NCBI GenBank assembly: GCA_965655095.1
Contig: OZ296651.1
Span: 78,740,001 to 78,804,000 of the forward strand
DNA: 64,000 nt
Source: Haplodiscus bocki
Taxonomy: Eukaryota
Direction of reading: 5' to 3'
Shown: one piece after another, positions 23,080 through 38,100 of the stretch
How the letters are laid out: every line of letters starts with the position of its first letter
How positions within the stretch are numbered: position 1 is the first letter of the stretch
The notes under the pieces: generated by a model
Database searches by the model: none
What the model was told of the DNA's origin: nothing
What the model saw: the letters and a program-made list of their open reading frames with translations, nothing else
Position numbers and translations under genes: made by a program

Positions 23080-25300
23080 TTGAAGTTGCAACTGTTTTCT
23101 CCAAAAATGAAAACTTCAATTCTTTTATTTAGGTCTCAAGCGAAAGCCTTTTACTTGTACAAGAGTATTCAATTGAAGAATTAATCATTTTGTTTTTTGC
23201 ATCAGAATCCTGGCAGACCGGTAATGCGAATTTTGTGCCATTAGGTCTGAAAAAACTCAATTTGCAAACTTAACATCTCTTCCTATCAACTGGCTCAATT
23301 TCATCCAACAAGCTCTCAATCGAAAGCTCCCAACTTATGGCAAATTACTCCATTGAAAAACGGTCGTTCCTGTTCTTTGAATCAGAACCATGACAGTCCG
23401 AAAATTCCAAAAAATGACATTAATGTTGATTTATACCGATTTTCAAACTAACACGTCTCCACAAATAAAGCTTTGATTTCTTCATTCAAGGCCTCAATCG
23501 GAAATTTAACAGCTGTAGAAGAGAATTCCATTCAAAAATTAACTTTCAACCTCGAATAAGAATACTGATAGTCCGAAAATTCGAAGAATGCTATTAACAT
23601 TGATTCATTCCGATTTTCGAGCTAATGTTTCTTCGTAACTACAGGTTTGATTGTTTCTATCAGAACCTTAATCAGAAGGTTTACAATTGTCGCGGAGGAT
23701 TCGATTGAAACAACTTTTATGTTGATCCTTGCATCAGAATCTTGATGGTCCGGAAAATCCAACAAGTGGTATTAATATTGACTTATCTCAATACTCAAAG
23801 TCACATTCCTCAGTATCTACAGACTTGATTTCTTTCATCAAAGTCCCAATGAAAAGCTTTAAACCTGTGGCAAACCATTCGATTCAAAATATGTTGATTT
23901 TGTTCCTTGCATCAGAATCCTGATAGTTCGAAAACTCCAGAAAGTGCTAAGATTTGATTTACTTCGACATTCAAACTCACATCTACCAGTAACTACAGGT
24001 CTGATTTGGTCCATCAAGGTCCTGATCGAAAATTTAACATGTTTGGAGTAGTAGGATTCCATCGAAAACCATTTCTTTTAGTTTATGGATCAGAACCCTG
24101 ATAGTCCGAAAAGTTTCAAAAGTGCTATTAATAATGATTCATCGCCATATTAAGACTCTTCCATATTTCTCCTAACTACAGACTTAGCTTCTCATCAAGG
24201 TCTCAATCGAAAGTTTTCCACTTGTATAGGAGTGTTCGTTTGATAGACAATCCTCTCCCTTCTTTGAGAAAAAGCTCGAAAAGTTTTTGATTTCGATTTA
24301 CCTCGATATCGGGACTAATAATTCTCCATAACTACAGATTAGATTTCTTCCACCAAAATCTCAATCGACAGTTTTTTTAGTAATACGGGAAGTTTTGATC
24401 TGAAAAGTGATTGTGCTCCTTGGGCTGGAATTTCGATAGTTCGAAAAAGCCAACGACTGCTATTACTTTTGACATTTTTGGATATTCAAATTCAATTTCT
24501 CCATAACTACTGACATGATTTCTTGCTTCAAGGTCTCTGTAACGTTTTTGTTTTAGCGGAGTACAGGATTTTAGAAAGAATGATTTTGTTTCTTGCATCG
24601 AAACCCTGATAGTTCAAGAATGCCAACATTGTATAATTACTGATAAAGCTCTCTATACAAACTTAATTTCTCCATAACTACAGGCTAGATTTCTTCCATC
24701 AAAGTCGTAATCGTCTGTACGTTTTGAGGAGTATTGGGTAAAAAAATCAATCAATTCCGTTCTGCATTGAAATCTTGCTGCTCAAAATATGCTGGAAAAG
24801 TTCGATAATCAAACTAATGTTTCTTCAGCTCTACCTGCTTCCTTTTCGATCAAGGTGTCAGTCAATATCTTTTCTTTTGAGGCAGACTAATCGTTTCTAA
24901 ATTTCATGAAACTTGTTTTTCATATTGGAATTGGAATCCTGATTGGCCAAAATGCCATCGGTACAGTCTTATCTCGATATTCCAACTCATCACTGCAGCT
25001 CTGAATTCTATCAAGGTCTGAATTGACGGATTTATAATTTTTGGATGTTAGATGACTCTTATATTGAACAATCTCCTATTTTGTCACATATATTGGAATC
25101 TTGACAGTCAGAGATTGCGAAAAGGTCCAATTAATAATCCTACTTTGTCGATTTTCAATTCTCTAAAGCTACCGGCTCGATTCCTTCCGACAAGCTCTCA
25201 GTCAAGATTTTTTGTCAACAATGGGTTGGTTTGTAAAGCAGTTTTATTGTGTGTTCCGTCAATCTTTCATGCGCCCCATTGATAGAAAATACCGCAGTGC
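23080..25300. repeat. Ancient degenerate tandem repeat, ~13 units of ~177 bp
   Basis: aaggtctcaatcg-like anchors near 23131, 23311, 23489, 23663, 23841, 24017, 24197, 24356, 24530, 24701, 24852, 25013 and 25192. Confidence 0.75.
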
Positions 25301-25989
25301 GACTGCGCCTCCAGTTTAAAACTTGATTTTGTCAGTATGTCATTATTAAGTTTCTTCAAAAATGTTGTCGGAACAAATTCTCCGTTATGGTTAGTAGAAA
25401 CAGATTTTTTCCCTTGTTATTACAGCAAAATTGAATGAAAATGGTAAACGGGAAGGGGATGAATGAATCCTCAAAGATGGCCGGACTTCACAACTGAAAA
25501 AAAATCCGACACTCTTTACAGAAAACCATTACTTTTATTCTTTACATTTTTCTGAAGCAACGTTCTATTCGGAGAATCATGTTTTTCTCAATTTCTAGAC
25601 CTTATGGCAATTTGTACATACTTTCGAGGAGGTCTTGTTCATTTATTGATTTGGATTCATCAAAAACAATCAATTGCCAAGAACTTATCGATTCAACTTA
25701 TCAGGAAATTTTCGAATTGGTGAACGAAATTTTGTCAGAATTGATTTTTCGTAGCGAAACATGGCGACCGAAAAGGAATAAAGTTTAAATTCATTCAGAA
25801 ATAACGCCAAAATATGTCATGCTCCTATCATTAAAAAAATGGATTCAGAATTTTTTTTCCAGGTGAGGTTTTAGGTAATTTTCTGTTGCGCCTTGATTGT
25901 ATTTGAACCAAAATATCAAAAGATCTTTAGACAATCATCCATCTTACCAGATGTTGAAATATATCTTTTCACAATGCCAGCAGGTCAGT

Positions 25990-26117
25990 TTACTTTGACC
26001 TTGAAGAGCTGTTACCAGCAGCACCTCCTCCACCTGCTGTACCTCTATGCCTGGCTGTCGTTTGCGAGTTCATTCCCCCAGAAGAGGAGCCATTTTGCAT
26101 CGATGTATTCTTATTCT
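25990..26117 (-). CDS. TRAM1: TRAM1 terminal exon 13 (KNKNTSMQNGSSSGGMNSQTTARHRGTAGGGGAAGNSSSRSK*)
   Basis: ttttag acceptor; phase matches exon 12; GC-rich coding-like island. Low conservation makes it less certain. Confidence 0.7.
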
Positions 26118-29100
26118 CTAAAACCAAAACAACATGAAAGTTTCCATACAATTGAAGTTCTATAAAGATAAATAGTGGTTAACAATATGGAGCAACACAC
26201 AATTTAGCAGAAATCACGTATTATTTTGTGTTAACACAAAATTTGTTAATTTTTGAATAGATTCGCATTCGTCTTTTTTCGCATCAACCGTCGCCTTTTC
26301 GATTTACCTTCAAAACTTGCTCATATATGACTACGTTGTCATTTGCTATTAACTGAACGGAATGTTTTTAGGTTGCCATAGTATTATCCGCTGTTTGTAG
26401 TGTCAATCACTCATCTCCAGCATACTGGCTGATTATTGACAAAACTGAGATTAACCTACCTGAGAAAACCAATTTCTTGAAACTCTCAAGCTATTTTTTT
26501 AAGCTGTGCTGTAAAAGTACTGTTCAGACAGACTATTTCCAGTGATTTTTTTCAAAGGAGGGAAGGCAACACCGTCGCAAGTTAATCGAATGCTTCACAA
26601 ATTACCCAGCTCACGCTAGAATGCATGCTTCAAATGCGTCCCGGCAGTTTCAAAATAATAGAAAAATCTACAGATTCAACGAGAATTCATTGACAGTGCG
26701 CGCAGACTCTGCCGTATATTAACTTTTAAAGTTTGTGTGATCTACTTGACCACAATGAAAATTAAACTGCCAGAATTTACACCTATTAAAAATTAAAACA
26801 TTTTACTCTTTACGCAGCAACAACTTCAACAAGTAGTTTTGGGAAAGAGTTCTCAAAGCTTTAAAACGAATCTTCTAAGCTTGTCCCACACTGCAAATCT
26901 AGGTCCTGAATATTGTCAGTTTTTGTCCATGTAACTTCGTTCAGACATGATTCTCCAAGGGAGTTTAATGGGATTCTAGTCGAGACAATAAGATGCCCAG
27001 TGTAAAACTTCCATTGTTAATCAAAAAAAATCTCGGTTGATTCAAAAGTATGCGGCAACACTTCTAGCTTGGTAGTTGTGAGGTCATTATACTCAAAATC
27101 TTTCAAACAATATTCTGCATTGTTATGTTCCTCACAAACGCGTAAGGACTTTCCTCCGCGCAAGCCAAAACCATCACACTCCTTGAAAACACTTCAAAAC
27201 TATTTTCTGTATTAATAAGTTCCTAACAGAAGTGCGAGCAAATTCTCCCATTTCAGCTAAAGCCTCAACAAGACTACCGGCTACCACTGGGATATTTTCC
27301 GTCTTCCAAATTTGTTAATAGCATTTGCTTGCGCAATTGTAAAAGTTCGTTTTTAAGGAACTTTTTTACAGAAACTTTTTTTATGATTCGTTCAACACGA
27401 AATTTATAACCTCCCAATTTTTTAAAAAACGATAATTTCGCTCAAAAAAGCATATTCAAGGAACTCTAACATTTTATATTCCTTCTACAGCAAATTTGCC
27501 ACCTTTTTCTGATTAGGGAAAAGTTTTTTTTCAAAAAAACCAGCCTTTTCCCAAAAAAAATTATTCTTCGAACTTATATAAAGATTACCTCTATTTCAGC
27601 GGCACTCTACGGAATTTCGTACTATTTGTTGGTTCACGTCAGAGTCGTGCAATTGGCAAGTAAACAAAAAAAAGTACGCAAGTAAACAAAAAAAGTACGC
27701 AAGTAAACAAAAAAGTAGGTCTTACCAGGGTTTCACCAAAATTTTGGGCAATGAGAGACAATTTTTTTACCAAAAAAAAACGCGATTGTGCCATTTTTCT
27801 GGGAAACGTCAAAATTATCCAAAAATTAAGAGTTTCTGATGGCTATTTTGAACTTTACGGGCTCTGCCAAATTCGGCTGTTACCGACTTGAGTGTAATTG
27901 TAAATGATATTTCACATAATTCTAGCTTCTTCCAATTTTCCTGACATGGTCGGGTACACTCGTCTTAGCTTCACTTGGGCCCAAAATTTGCCATTGATTC
28001 AATTTGGATGACAGTGTTCATCTCTGGCATGCTTTAATTGGAACAACACTGATTTCTTTTCGATAGTCTGTCTATCTGCTTCTTGATCGGAGATATTTGC
28101 TCGACGAATTAAATAGTAGACTTCGACTAATCGAAAACTCGTAGCACTGGAAGAACGTACTCCATAGTGCCAAACATTCAGTTCAACAAACACGGTTACA
28201 CATCTGCTATACAGTCGAGCTCCCAGATTCTTCTTCCTTCACCCGGAAAAATTCCTCCAGTCGACTTAAGATTATCTTAAATCAGCTCTAACCCGAAAAG
28301 ACAGAGATAGAGAGAGAATTAATTTCCCAGAATCATACATTTTAAACAGAATAACTTCACACAATTCACAACAAAATTATCAAAAAAATATAAGTATGTT
28401 TGGAGTGTACATTTATTTATTTCAGGTAGGACGCTAGCTACAAGACTGGAACTGCTCCCTGTACTGGCTGATATGGATTACCCCGCAGAACGACGAGAAT
28501 CTCTATTACAGAAAAAAGAAGCGTGTGCAAAATCGAGCGAACCATCATTAAATAACGTTGTAAATGAGTCGTGCCGACCTAATCAGAGACTCAAATCAAG
28601 AGGAACGCCCTTGGCTCTTCGCGAGAAGACCTACTCTCGGCCCTATCTGAACCCTGACTCACTTCCGCACATTGATTTCAAGAAAGCCTCAGGCAGCCTT
28701 ATTAGAATATCCTGGTGCCGGTTCAATTGACTGAGAGCTGACGCTCTGAAAACTAGATGGAACCAGAAGCCTTTTGTATGTGGGCTGCTGAACCCTGATG
28801 CCCAACATATCGTCGAAGATTGCCCTCCCGCAACCTTCCTGCCAGATGGATGAGAACTTCACCACTTAACTGGAACGGCAAGGACATGGCTAGATGAACT
28901 TCCTTTGCATGTGTAGATTGGCGAACGATTTATATATATCAGGGAGGACAGCGAACGGATAGATCAAGATCACAAAATGCTGCCCCATACAACGTACCCA
29001 AAGAACATCAATTGAATCAAAATTGCATGGGGAAAAAACAGAATTTGGATCAAAAAGAGGGTACAAAACTAGGGAGAAATCTCAAAACCATCGACGAAAG

Positions 29101-32100
29101 GGAAAAGAATTTGACAAATCTGATGAAAAAGTCGACCCCCTTTAGGTTGGTTAAAAGAATGTGCTTGGGAATGTTATTCACATTCATTTTAGCCGTTTTT
29201 TGCAGACCCCGAGCAGAAATGCCAATTTTCTGCGACAGGAAGTTATTCAGTCAAACTTCCGGTCAAGTTTTCAAGTATAAGAATTCATTGCAGGGATTAT
29301 AATAAAATACTATTTGAATCGACCACAGCCTTCATTAATTTGACTGATTTCGTGTTTTTTACATGCATTCTAGTCTGTCGGTATTTTCCTCTTAAAAAGC
29401 CAAAGGGTTGGAAAACAGTAAAAGAAAGTTTGCTCAATTGAAAATCATTTTTTCTCACCATTTACATAATCCGGTAGTAAAATTACTTCCGCATTAACAA
29501 GTTAGTGAGAATTGCCATCAAATTTATCGTTCAAAAAGGGAGCGGATACTACCAGTTTTCGACTACCAGAAATTAACACCTAAAATCAAATATGGAACCA
29601 TAATTGAAAATTTTCATTAAATTCAAATTTTAAATATTGTCAATGGAATGTTGCTTTGGTTGGCAGTTATTTTTCAAATTATTTCCGAAAATTTTCACCA
29701 ATTGCTTTTTCGATTTTTCCTTGCTGCATTGATTATTTCACATTGGACTATTTCGTCAAGTCTGAAGTTTCTTGCCTTAATAATTTGAAATTTTCTACCA
29801 TTTAAAATATTTCAAGCTAAATTTATAAATTAAATGTCAAAGTGACAGTTTTGAGGCTTCGGCACATAATTGACTACTTTGTGCAGCTTTCTCCCAAGTG
29901 GAAAAATTTCACATTCCCAGCCTAGACACTTAAGATTTCCATAGTGAAAATGAAAAACTGACATGCCTGTTGTTTTCTAAATTAATACACTTATACTCAT
30001 TCTCCGATAGAAAAGAGAGGCGTCATCATTCTGAGCTGAGCATGAGATTGGCGGTGTGAGATAAAATAATTTTTCATCAGACGACTGTGTTTTGTGTTAA
30101 CAGTTAGATAACGCATCATTTCTAGGGTTGGTCGACTGTTGGTTAAGTTTTTTTTCCTAATTGCAAAAACAAAATATTCTCACAAATCAATGCAGCAAAT
30201 AAGCGATCGAAAAATTCCAAAATTGAGTCACAACGGTGCAAACATAAGTTAAGCATAGTGCAGTTCTCAATCGAGACAAAAACCCATTGCGTATAAATAA
30301 TTGAAATTTTGAGTTGTTTTTGTGATTCTGTCTCCAAGCAGACCAACCCTGGTACTTTCAGTGGAACAGGTTAGATTTTCATGAGATTAGGAACAGCTGG
30401 ATGGATGAGCTTGAGAAACATGATTAGTTACAAATTACATTTTGAAAAGAAAAGCTCAAGAGTTCAATACTTGTTTGCCGTTCTGAAACAAAAATTAACA
30501 CATTTAAACTGTCATTGACTTTTCATCAGATAAAATTTATTCCCTATCAAACTAGAAGATTGGACGAAAACTCTCGATATGAGAACCAAGTTGAAACGAC
30601 GTATGTAACTCTCAAAGTACGTTTCTCGCGAAGTATAAACACAGGGTGACAGGTCAAAATCTCCTAAGTCAAAATCTCCTACGCCAAAATCTCCTAGGTC
30701 AAAATCTCCTAAGTCAAAATCTACGCCAAAATCTCCTAGGTCAAATTCTCCTAAGCTGAATTAATCACCAAGTAATTTCATTATTAGCTAAGTTCCGGCT
30801 TCTTGTTGATTAACAAGTAAGCATGATTTACATTCACAAGTGACAATTAAAGTAAGTAACTAAAAGAGTACTATGCCAAAAATAACACCCTCTACAAATA
30901 ACACGCTAAAAAGGTGACAAAATGAAGCTGCGAAAATTTCTGAAATTCCAATCAATCTGATCATTCATTTAAAAGTTCATTTGCTGCAGATATGAGTTTC
31001 GAGTACGGTCTTTCAATCAAAAACAAAACCACCTTAATTTATAATGGCTTCGAGTATACGAAAAAACAGTCGACCAAAACCACTTTTCTTTGGATTTGCC
31101 GGTATATTAAACAGTTTAACTGTAAAGCGACTATTATCACCTGCGGAGATACCATCATTAAGTTTCCGAAAGAACACTGCTGTCAATATGTTCCCGGAGA
31201 GGCAGAAGCCAGAAAAATAAAGGCCGCTATTTTTTCAGTTGATGTTTTCACAGAGTTCCAATTAACGGGCAACCGGTTGCGTCCTCCCCCGGGTGCCAAA
31301 GTTGCGCACTACCCCTCATTACTGCTCTTTTATATAACCATATTAGAACCATGCCCCTGAAACTACAGAGCGTGACAGAGGAACAGACCAACCTTTTAAA
31401 GGAGTAGCACTTGTTTAAATTGTTAATTGTAACTGAACCAAACTTTGGTTTTGACTAAACGTTTTGAAATTTCAGTGTACAAAAATATTAAGTTGTTTAT
31501 TTCAGGGTATCTTTTTGAAGACTAATAATCGAACAGTTCACTGAGGTCTGAGTTTTGGGAGTTTGTGAATTCGAAAACTTGTGATATTTGAAAACTTGGC
31601 ATGGTATTTGCAAGTTCATGTGAATCTTCTTTTTGATTTTTTTCACCGCCATTGTAACATTAGTCCTAATGTTATTCAAATTCGACTACAGCTGCGTTAA
31701 TTGACAGCGCGCACAACAGCGCCCGAAAAGCAGAAGTCTTATTACGTAACTTTTGAGCGCACTGCGTTGACTTGATTCATTTCGCTTTGTTTGTTACGCA
31801 TCAACTACGAGGTGATCTGTTTTTGAATTACGAACAACTTTCAACTCTAAGAGATAAAGAAAGTTGTTTTCCGATGAATTTTCTTTTGTTCTTTAATTTA
31901 GGAGATTTTGACTGTAACCAAAGACAGAGGCGATGCTGAACTTCGCAACATATTCGGACTTGCCAGTTGAGATCCCGGAACCATAATCAGATGTCATTGA
32001 CGATTTTTAGATCAGACTACTTCAGCTGTCGATCAAAAATTTGTCCGAAAAAGTCGAAACAAGTACAGAGTTGATACTGACGTAGATAGCGATAGTGAAG

Positions 32101-35100
32101 CAATATTTTCTTTCTACTAGTTCAATTCATTTGATTTCCATTTACTTCGAAGCGAAAGCAGGCACTTCTTGGAAGCTGAGAAAGTACATAAAAATGAAAG
32201 GAAGTAAATGAGTAAAAATTATCGCTTCATTTTATCGCTCAGCCGGCCAGTCACGAAATGGATTTACGAAGTGCCGGAATGATTCGAAAAAACTAATATC
32301 TATAGGCCCTAAGCTTATCAGTTTAATGCCTAAAAAACGATATGAACCGGTTTCAATACACATTCTTCCTTTCAATCAGAATGTGTAAGAATCCGCATTA
32401 TCTGGTACAAAAATTTCCCAAGAAAACACGATCTACAACTTTTCAATCTCGGCGATATTTCAGAAAAGAGAAACTAATGTTGCAATATAAGAGGAGAGGC
32501 GCAGTACTTTTTGCTTGTTTCTTTGGAGTGTTTTCCGCAGTGTTCGGTTGAGTGTCTACTTCCTCACTGGAGTCGATTCCAGTGGTGGCCAATTTGTTTT
32601 GCGCCTCCCGTCCAATTTGTCTATCCCGGATGTACTTCAGTTGGAACTGAATGAAATTCCACATGAGCCATGTCTGCAGTCCAAACACGCCAACCAGACA
32701 AACAATCCTTCAAACACAAATTTAGCTTCAGGAATCAATGAAATAAGAACACTACAATTCAATTGACTCAATGACCTACGGAAAAAATCACTCAGAAATC
32801 CCCCCACCCCCGATTAAAAAAAATCTTTTTTGTAAGTGGAAATGTGTAGCCTTCAATAAAATCAATCATATAATTTTACTAAATACATAGATACAAACGA
32901 AAGGTGACATGTATTGCAAACAAAAATTGCATACATTCCTCTTCATGCTCAAAAATGATTCGATTTCATAAGTAGGTAATATGTGCATTTTAAACGTGAT
33001 CCCTGCAGCGAGCAAACGCTATTTTAGTGAACAATTCAGAATATAACCAACTATTTTTCATCCGCAGAGCAAAATTCGAAGGCTATAAAAAACATTAAAT
33101 TTCAAACATCCGCTTCCTATATACAGCTCAGGTGGTCCATGAAAAACAAAATAAGCGATGATTGAAATGCTTTCTCAATTCCACTTCCCATTCGAAGCCA
33201 GATTTAAAGCAATTTGGATGAGAAGCGCTGAATTTTCTTTCAATCCGTTTGATTATTTTTGCAGTTGCTTTCAGTAATTGAAAAACAAATTTAATTTCAA
33301 TTCACGTCACGAAAAAACCAGCCTTCGCTGATTCCACCAGTCGACGACATGACCTTTGACAATGCAGTCAGTTTTCAGGCCCAGCTACAAAGAACGTATG
33401 AAGGTGAATGTTCTCCACTCTAGTAAGCTAGAATTGCGCGCATCAAGCTGGTCGCAGAAAATTGCCAAAAGGTGGTAAAGGGGGTCGGCTTTTTTGAAAA
33501 TGATGACTTTTCCGAAAAAAATTCAATTAATAACATTTTTTCTTATAAAAATTTGGTCGCACGGCCCCAAAAAATTAGTAGAGGGACTCTTTGTTATTTT
33601 TCGCAGTATATGTAATATACAAGAAAAATTATTCATTCAGTAGGGTCGTTTTTCTTTTTTTTCAGACCAAAATTGGCAACTCTTTTTATTCAAAAATAAA
33701 TGACAGCGGGAGGCTTAGGACAACAAGGTTCTCAAGCAGTAGGTTCGGGGTTCGAGTCACTGCCCTGCCAAAAATTTTTACGATTTATTTGTAACATTTT
33801 TCGATACCCGAAACTAGTGAAACACTCAGGAGTTCCTACGAAACATTTCGGCACTGTGAGACAAAAAGTTTTCGACAGAATATCGTGAATCCCCCCTTCT
33901 CTTATCCCTAACATTTTTCGATACCCCAATGAAGCACTAAAGGATTCTCCAACGAAATTTTTCGGCACTGCGAGACAAAAAAATTTCGACGGAAAATCTT
34001 GATACCCCCCCCCCCCCCCTCTTATCCATAAACTTTTTCGCTACCAGAAATTTTCTGAAACACAGCACAGAAGGGTTCCCCTATGAAATTTTTCGGCACT
34101 GTGAGACAAAAAATTTTCGACGGAAAATTTGATACCCCCCCCTCTTATCCATAAACTTTCTCGCTACCGGACCATTTCTGAAACACAGATCAGAAGGGTT
34201 CCTCTAAGAAATTTTTCGGCACTGTGAGACAAAAATTTTTCGACAGAAAATTGTGATGCTCCCTTCCTCCTCCCCCCCTCTTATCCATAATTTTTTTCGA
34301 TACTGAAAATTTTGTGAAGCACAGAAGGGTTCCCCTACGAAGTTTTTCGGTACTGTGAGACAAAACAATTTTGACAGAAAATCGTGATTTCCGCCGACTC
34401 TCTTATGCCTAATATTTTTCGGTACCAGAAATTTTCTGAAACACAGAAAGGTTCCTTAACGAAATTTTTCGGCACTTAAAGACAAAATTTTTTCAACGGA
34501 AAATCGAGATACCCTTTTGCATAAAGTTCAGAAATCAGTGGTGGAATTGAAGTTTGTAAGAACTCTTTGAAAACTAATATCAAAACAGTAGTTTTGTTTT
34601 TAACCGTTTACAAAAATTGATCAAAAAATTTGTAGTTGGGCGAAAAATATGCCGGTGCTAGCATTTTACCATTTTGCGATTTATCCTTAACAGTTTTTGA
34701 TACCCGAAATTAGTGAAACACTAAAGGGTTCCTATACAAAGTTTTTCGGCACTGTGAGACCAAAACATTTCAACGGAAAAACGTGATAGTCCCTATTATG
34801 CATAAAAATTTTCGATACCTCAAATTTTCTGAAACATTGAAGGGATGCCCACGAAATTTTTCGGCACTGTGAGACCAAAAATGTTCGACGGAAAAACGTG
34901 ATACCCCCCCCCCCCCCCCTTTTCATCCATAAAACTTTTTAAAACCAGAAATTTTCTCAAAAACAGTAGGATTCCCTCACGAAAATTTTCGACACTGTGA
35001 GACATAAAAATTTCGACTGAAAATTGTGATATGCCCCTTCTTATCCATAAAGTTTTTCGATACCAGAAATTTTCCGGAAAACAGAAGGGTTTCTTTACAA

Positions 35101-38100
35101 AGTTTTTCGTTTCGGTCCTGTGAGACAAAAAAATTCGACAAAACCGTGATGCCCCCCCCCCTATGCATGAAAATTTTCGATAAAAGAATTTTTTGAAACA
35201 CCAAAGTGTTCTCCAATGAAATATTTTGGTAGTCAGACAAAAACTTTTCGACGGAAAATCGTGATACTCCCCCCCCTCTTATCCATAAAATATTTTTCTC
35301 TACCAGAAATTTTCAAACACAGAATTGTTCCCTGGCGAGGGTTTTTCGGTCCTGTGAGAAAAAAAATTTTCGACAAAACCGTGAAGCTTCCCCCCTCATT
35401 TGCTTGAAACTTTTCGATACCAGAATTCTTTCGAAACACAGAAGGGTTCTCCTACGAATTTTATCGGCACTGGGAGACAAAGATTTTTCAAAGGAGTTTA
35501 GTGATATCCCCTTCTTATGCATAAAATTTTGCGATGCACGAAATTTTCTGAAACACCGAAGTGTTCCCTAATTTTTCGGTACTGTGTGACAAAAAATTTT
35601 GAAAGAAAAGTCGTGATACCCCCTCTTTTGCATAGAATATAGTAATCAGTGAATCAGTGGTGGAATTGATGTTTGTAGAAAACTTTCGCAAACTAGATTT
35701 TAAACAATAGTCTCGTTTTTAACTGTGGGCAAATTTTGATCAAAATATTTGTGTTCCTGCGAAAAATATGCCGGTGCTAGCCGGCCGTCTTGTTACATTA
35801 TTTACTGCCTGAGAAGTCACTAGTTGACATTATTGGTATTTACCATTGCAAGAATAATTTGCCATAGTAAGATGATATCACAAAAAAATTTTGGACCTAA
35901 GGTACGAAACTTTTTCGTACACAGGAATGTTTTATTCATGTTTTCTGTACTGTTTGTACTTATTAGTAGTATATGACCGTTCTAAAAGACAAATCTTCTT
36001 TTGGGAGTGCGCGAAATCTACTCTACAATTTCGGTGAATTCACGGTGAAAAACTAGCCACTGTAATAGTCGGACACTTTCATTTAATTGTAAAGCGTCGA
36101 CTAAAAACGGATTTAACGCCATTTCTGAAATCATCAAATCAACCTTTCGTTAATTTCAATACCATTGTTCTTTCGAAAAATAAAGCTTTGTTTCCGTTCT
36201 GATTCATACACAAAAAATTTGTGAACGAAGAATAATCAAATTTCTATGACGGTACATTATAATCACAACTACTGGTTATAATTTTTGATGATGTATAATT
36301 ATCTTAGGAAGCTATAAGTTAGTTGAGGTAATTTTTGGAAAATGGGTCAAAACGGAGACAAAAAATTTTTCACTGGAATAACATCGTACAGTAAAAAAGG
36401 GACGCAACGTCAGTCTAGCACAAGGGCAAAAGTGACAAGTCCGAATGGTGCTACAACCGGAGGCGTCACCACCACCTTAACCTCAGCAAGACGGGTGCAA
36501 CTCCGATGGTATTCTTGGCTTGACGTTAAAAGCGACGACGTTATATCAGAAATATCGAGTGAATCATGAATTTTCCATGACAATGTTCTGAGTTGTTTTT
36601 AGAGCGTCAGTCAGGGAGTTCACTTGTAAAAAACTGGTTAGGTATCGATATGGGAAGTGAGTTTTTTTCCGGAAATCTCCAATTTTTGCTACTTTTCGAT
36701 CAATAATTCTTGGCTGTATTGAGTGAATATTTCTGGGAGTAGGTCTCAACAACTATAATGCACTGAAAAACCAGCAATTTTTGTCTCCTTTTTCGAAGGT
36801 CTAAATTCTTTTAATTCTGTTTAGCATAGTTTCGCCTATAATTCATGACAAAATTGATTCATTCTAACTCAAAAACTATTATATAAGCAACAGAAGGCCA
36901 AAAAAGACCATTAAATTTCGTTGTATATCTAATCTGAAGGCCAAAATCATATCTATTGGCCATAAATTGGAATAATATTAATAAATTTGACTTCTGAGAA
37001 AGTTTTTAATTTTAGCTTTAGCTTGAAAAAACTTCTGGACAAAAATTCAAACTCATTTCTCAAACGAGTATTGAAAACGACCTCATTATTGACACCCTTA
37101 AGAATTTTATGCTTCATTTTGCAGCCCGCTACAAATAAGTTTGTTGTAACAAACTAACATATTGGGGGTTAAAAGGTCCCTGGACTAATTTTCAACATGT
37201 AGTGTGTGAAAAACTATCTAAGAACTTAGTGAAATTTTCAATTTTTTCACTTTATCAAAAATTCAAAGAATATGGTAGCACAGCACCAACTTTTTTCGAA
37301 CTTACAGAAGCTATAAACAGAATACCAGGAAACGCGCGTTACACCTCATATAAGTTTTGCCAGTTTAAGAAAATATGCTGAATATATGTGCCAAATATAG
37401 CACACTTACCAAGTCAGGTATTTTTAAAATGGCACTGACTTTGGAGTGTCTGACTCACCTGACACCAGGGGTGTTGAAGTTTCCACTTCTGACGTCAATC
37501 AACGACAGCTCCGTCTTGGTAAGTCCGACCCTGTGTAAAACAGCAATACTGTATAGGACAAGAATCAACATGATGGAGAGGTGAAGAGTGGAAAGCTGGC
37601 ATTACCAGAATGTTAGGAAAGCGCATAGGAAAGTGAACAGTCGTCCGACTACAAAGAAGACCCCCCAAACGTAGAACCTGTAAAACAAGAAACGATCATT
37701 GGCCCATCTGGACCTTCAGATATGTACATGTTTTAATTTGGAACTCAAGTGTGAAGATAGAGCGATTAGACTTCTCTTCATTTCGTTCAAAATTAGAAAG
37801 ACTTTATTATTTTCCGCCATATTTATAACATGGGTGAAAATCTCTCCTCGTGCCTTTTTTAACGTTTCTTGCAGTTGCACAATTCTGGCAAATTTTGAAA
37901 CCTGCACGATTTCTAAATTTGATATTTTTGCACCAGACTACTGCAAATGTGCTCTAGAATGCGTTTACAGTCATGATTTTAATTAATGCGACAACTTCAA
38001 TGCATAAGTCAACTTTAAGTACGAATAACTTCGGGAATAATCATTTTGGACTAAAGTACCAGAAACAAAAAATTCTCAGAAATTTTAGAATATTATAATG

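Noticed and set aside
27950-28290. Possible extra TRAM1 exon or retroelement fragment
   Set aside because: Not needed for phase continuity, no TRAM similarity, no diagnostic motif.
33780-35640. CRISPR-like regularly spaced repeats
   Set aside because: Whole ~120-bp units are homologous (no unique spacers), no cas genes, eukaryotic intron context.
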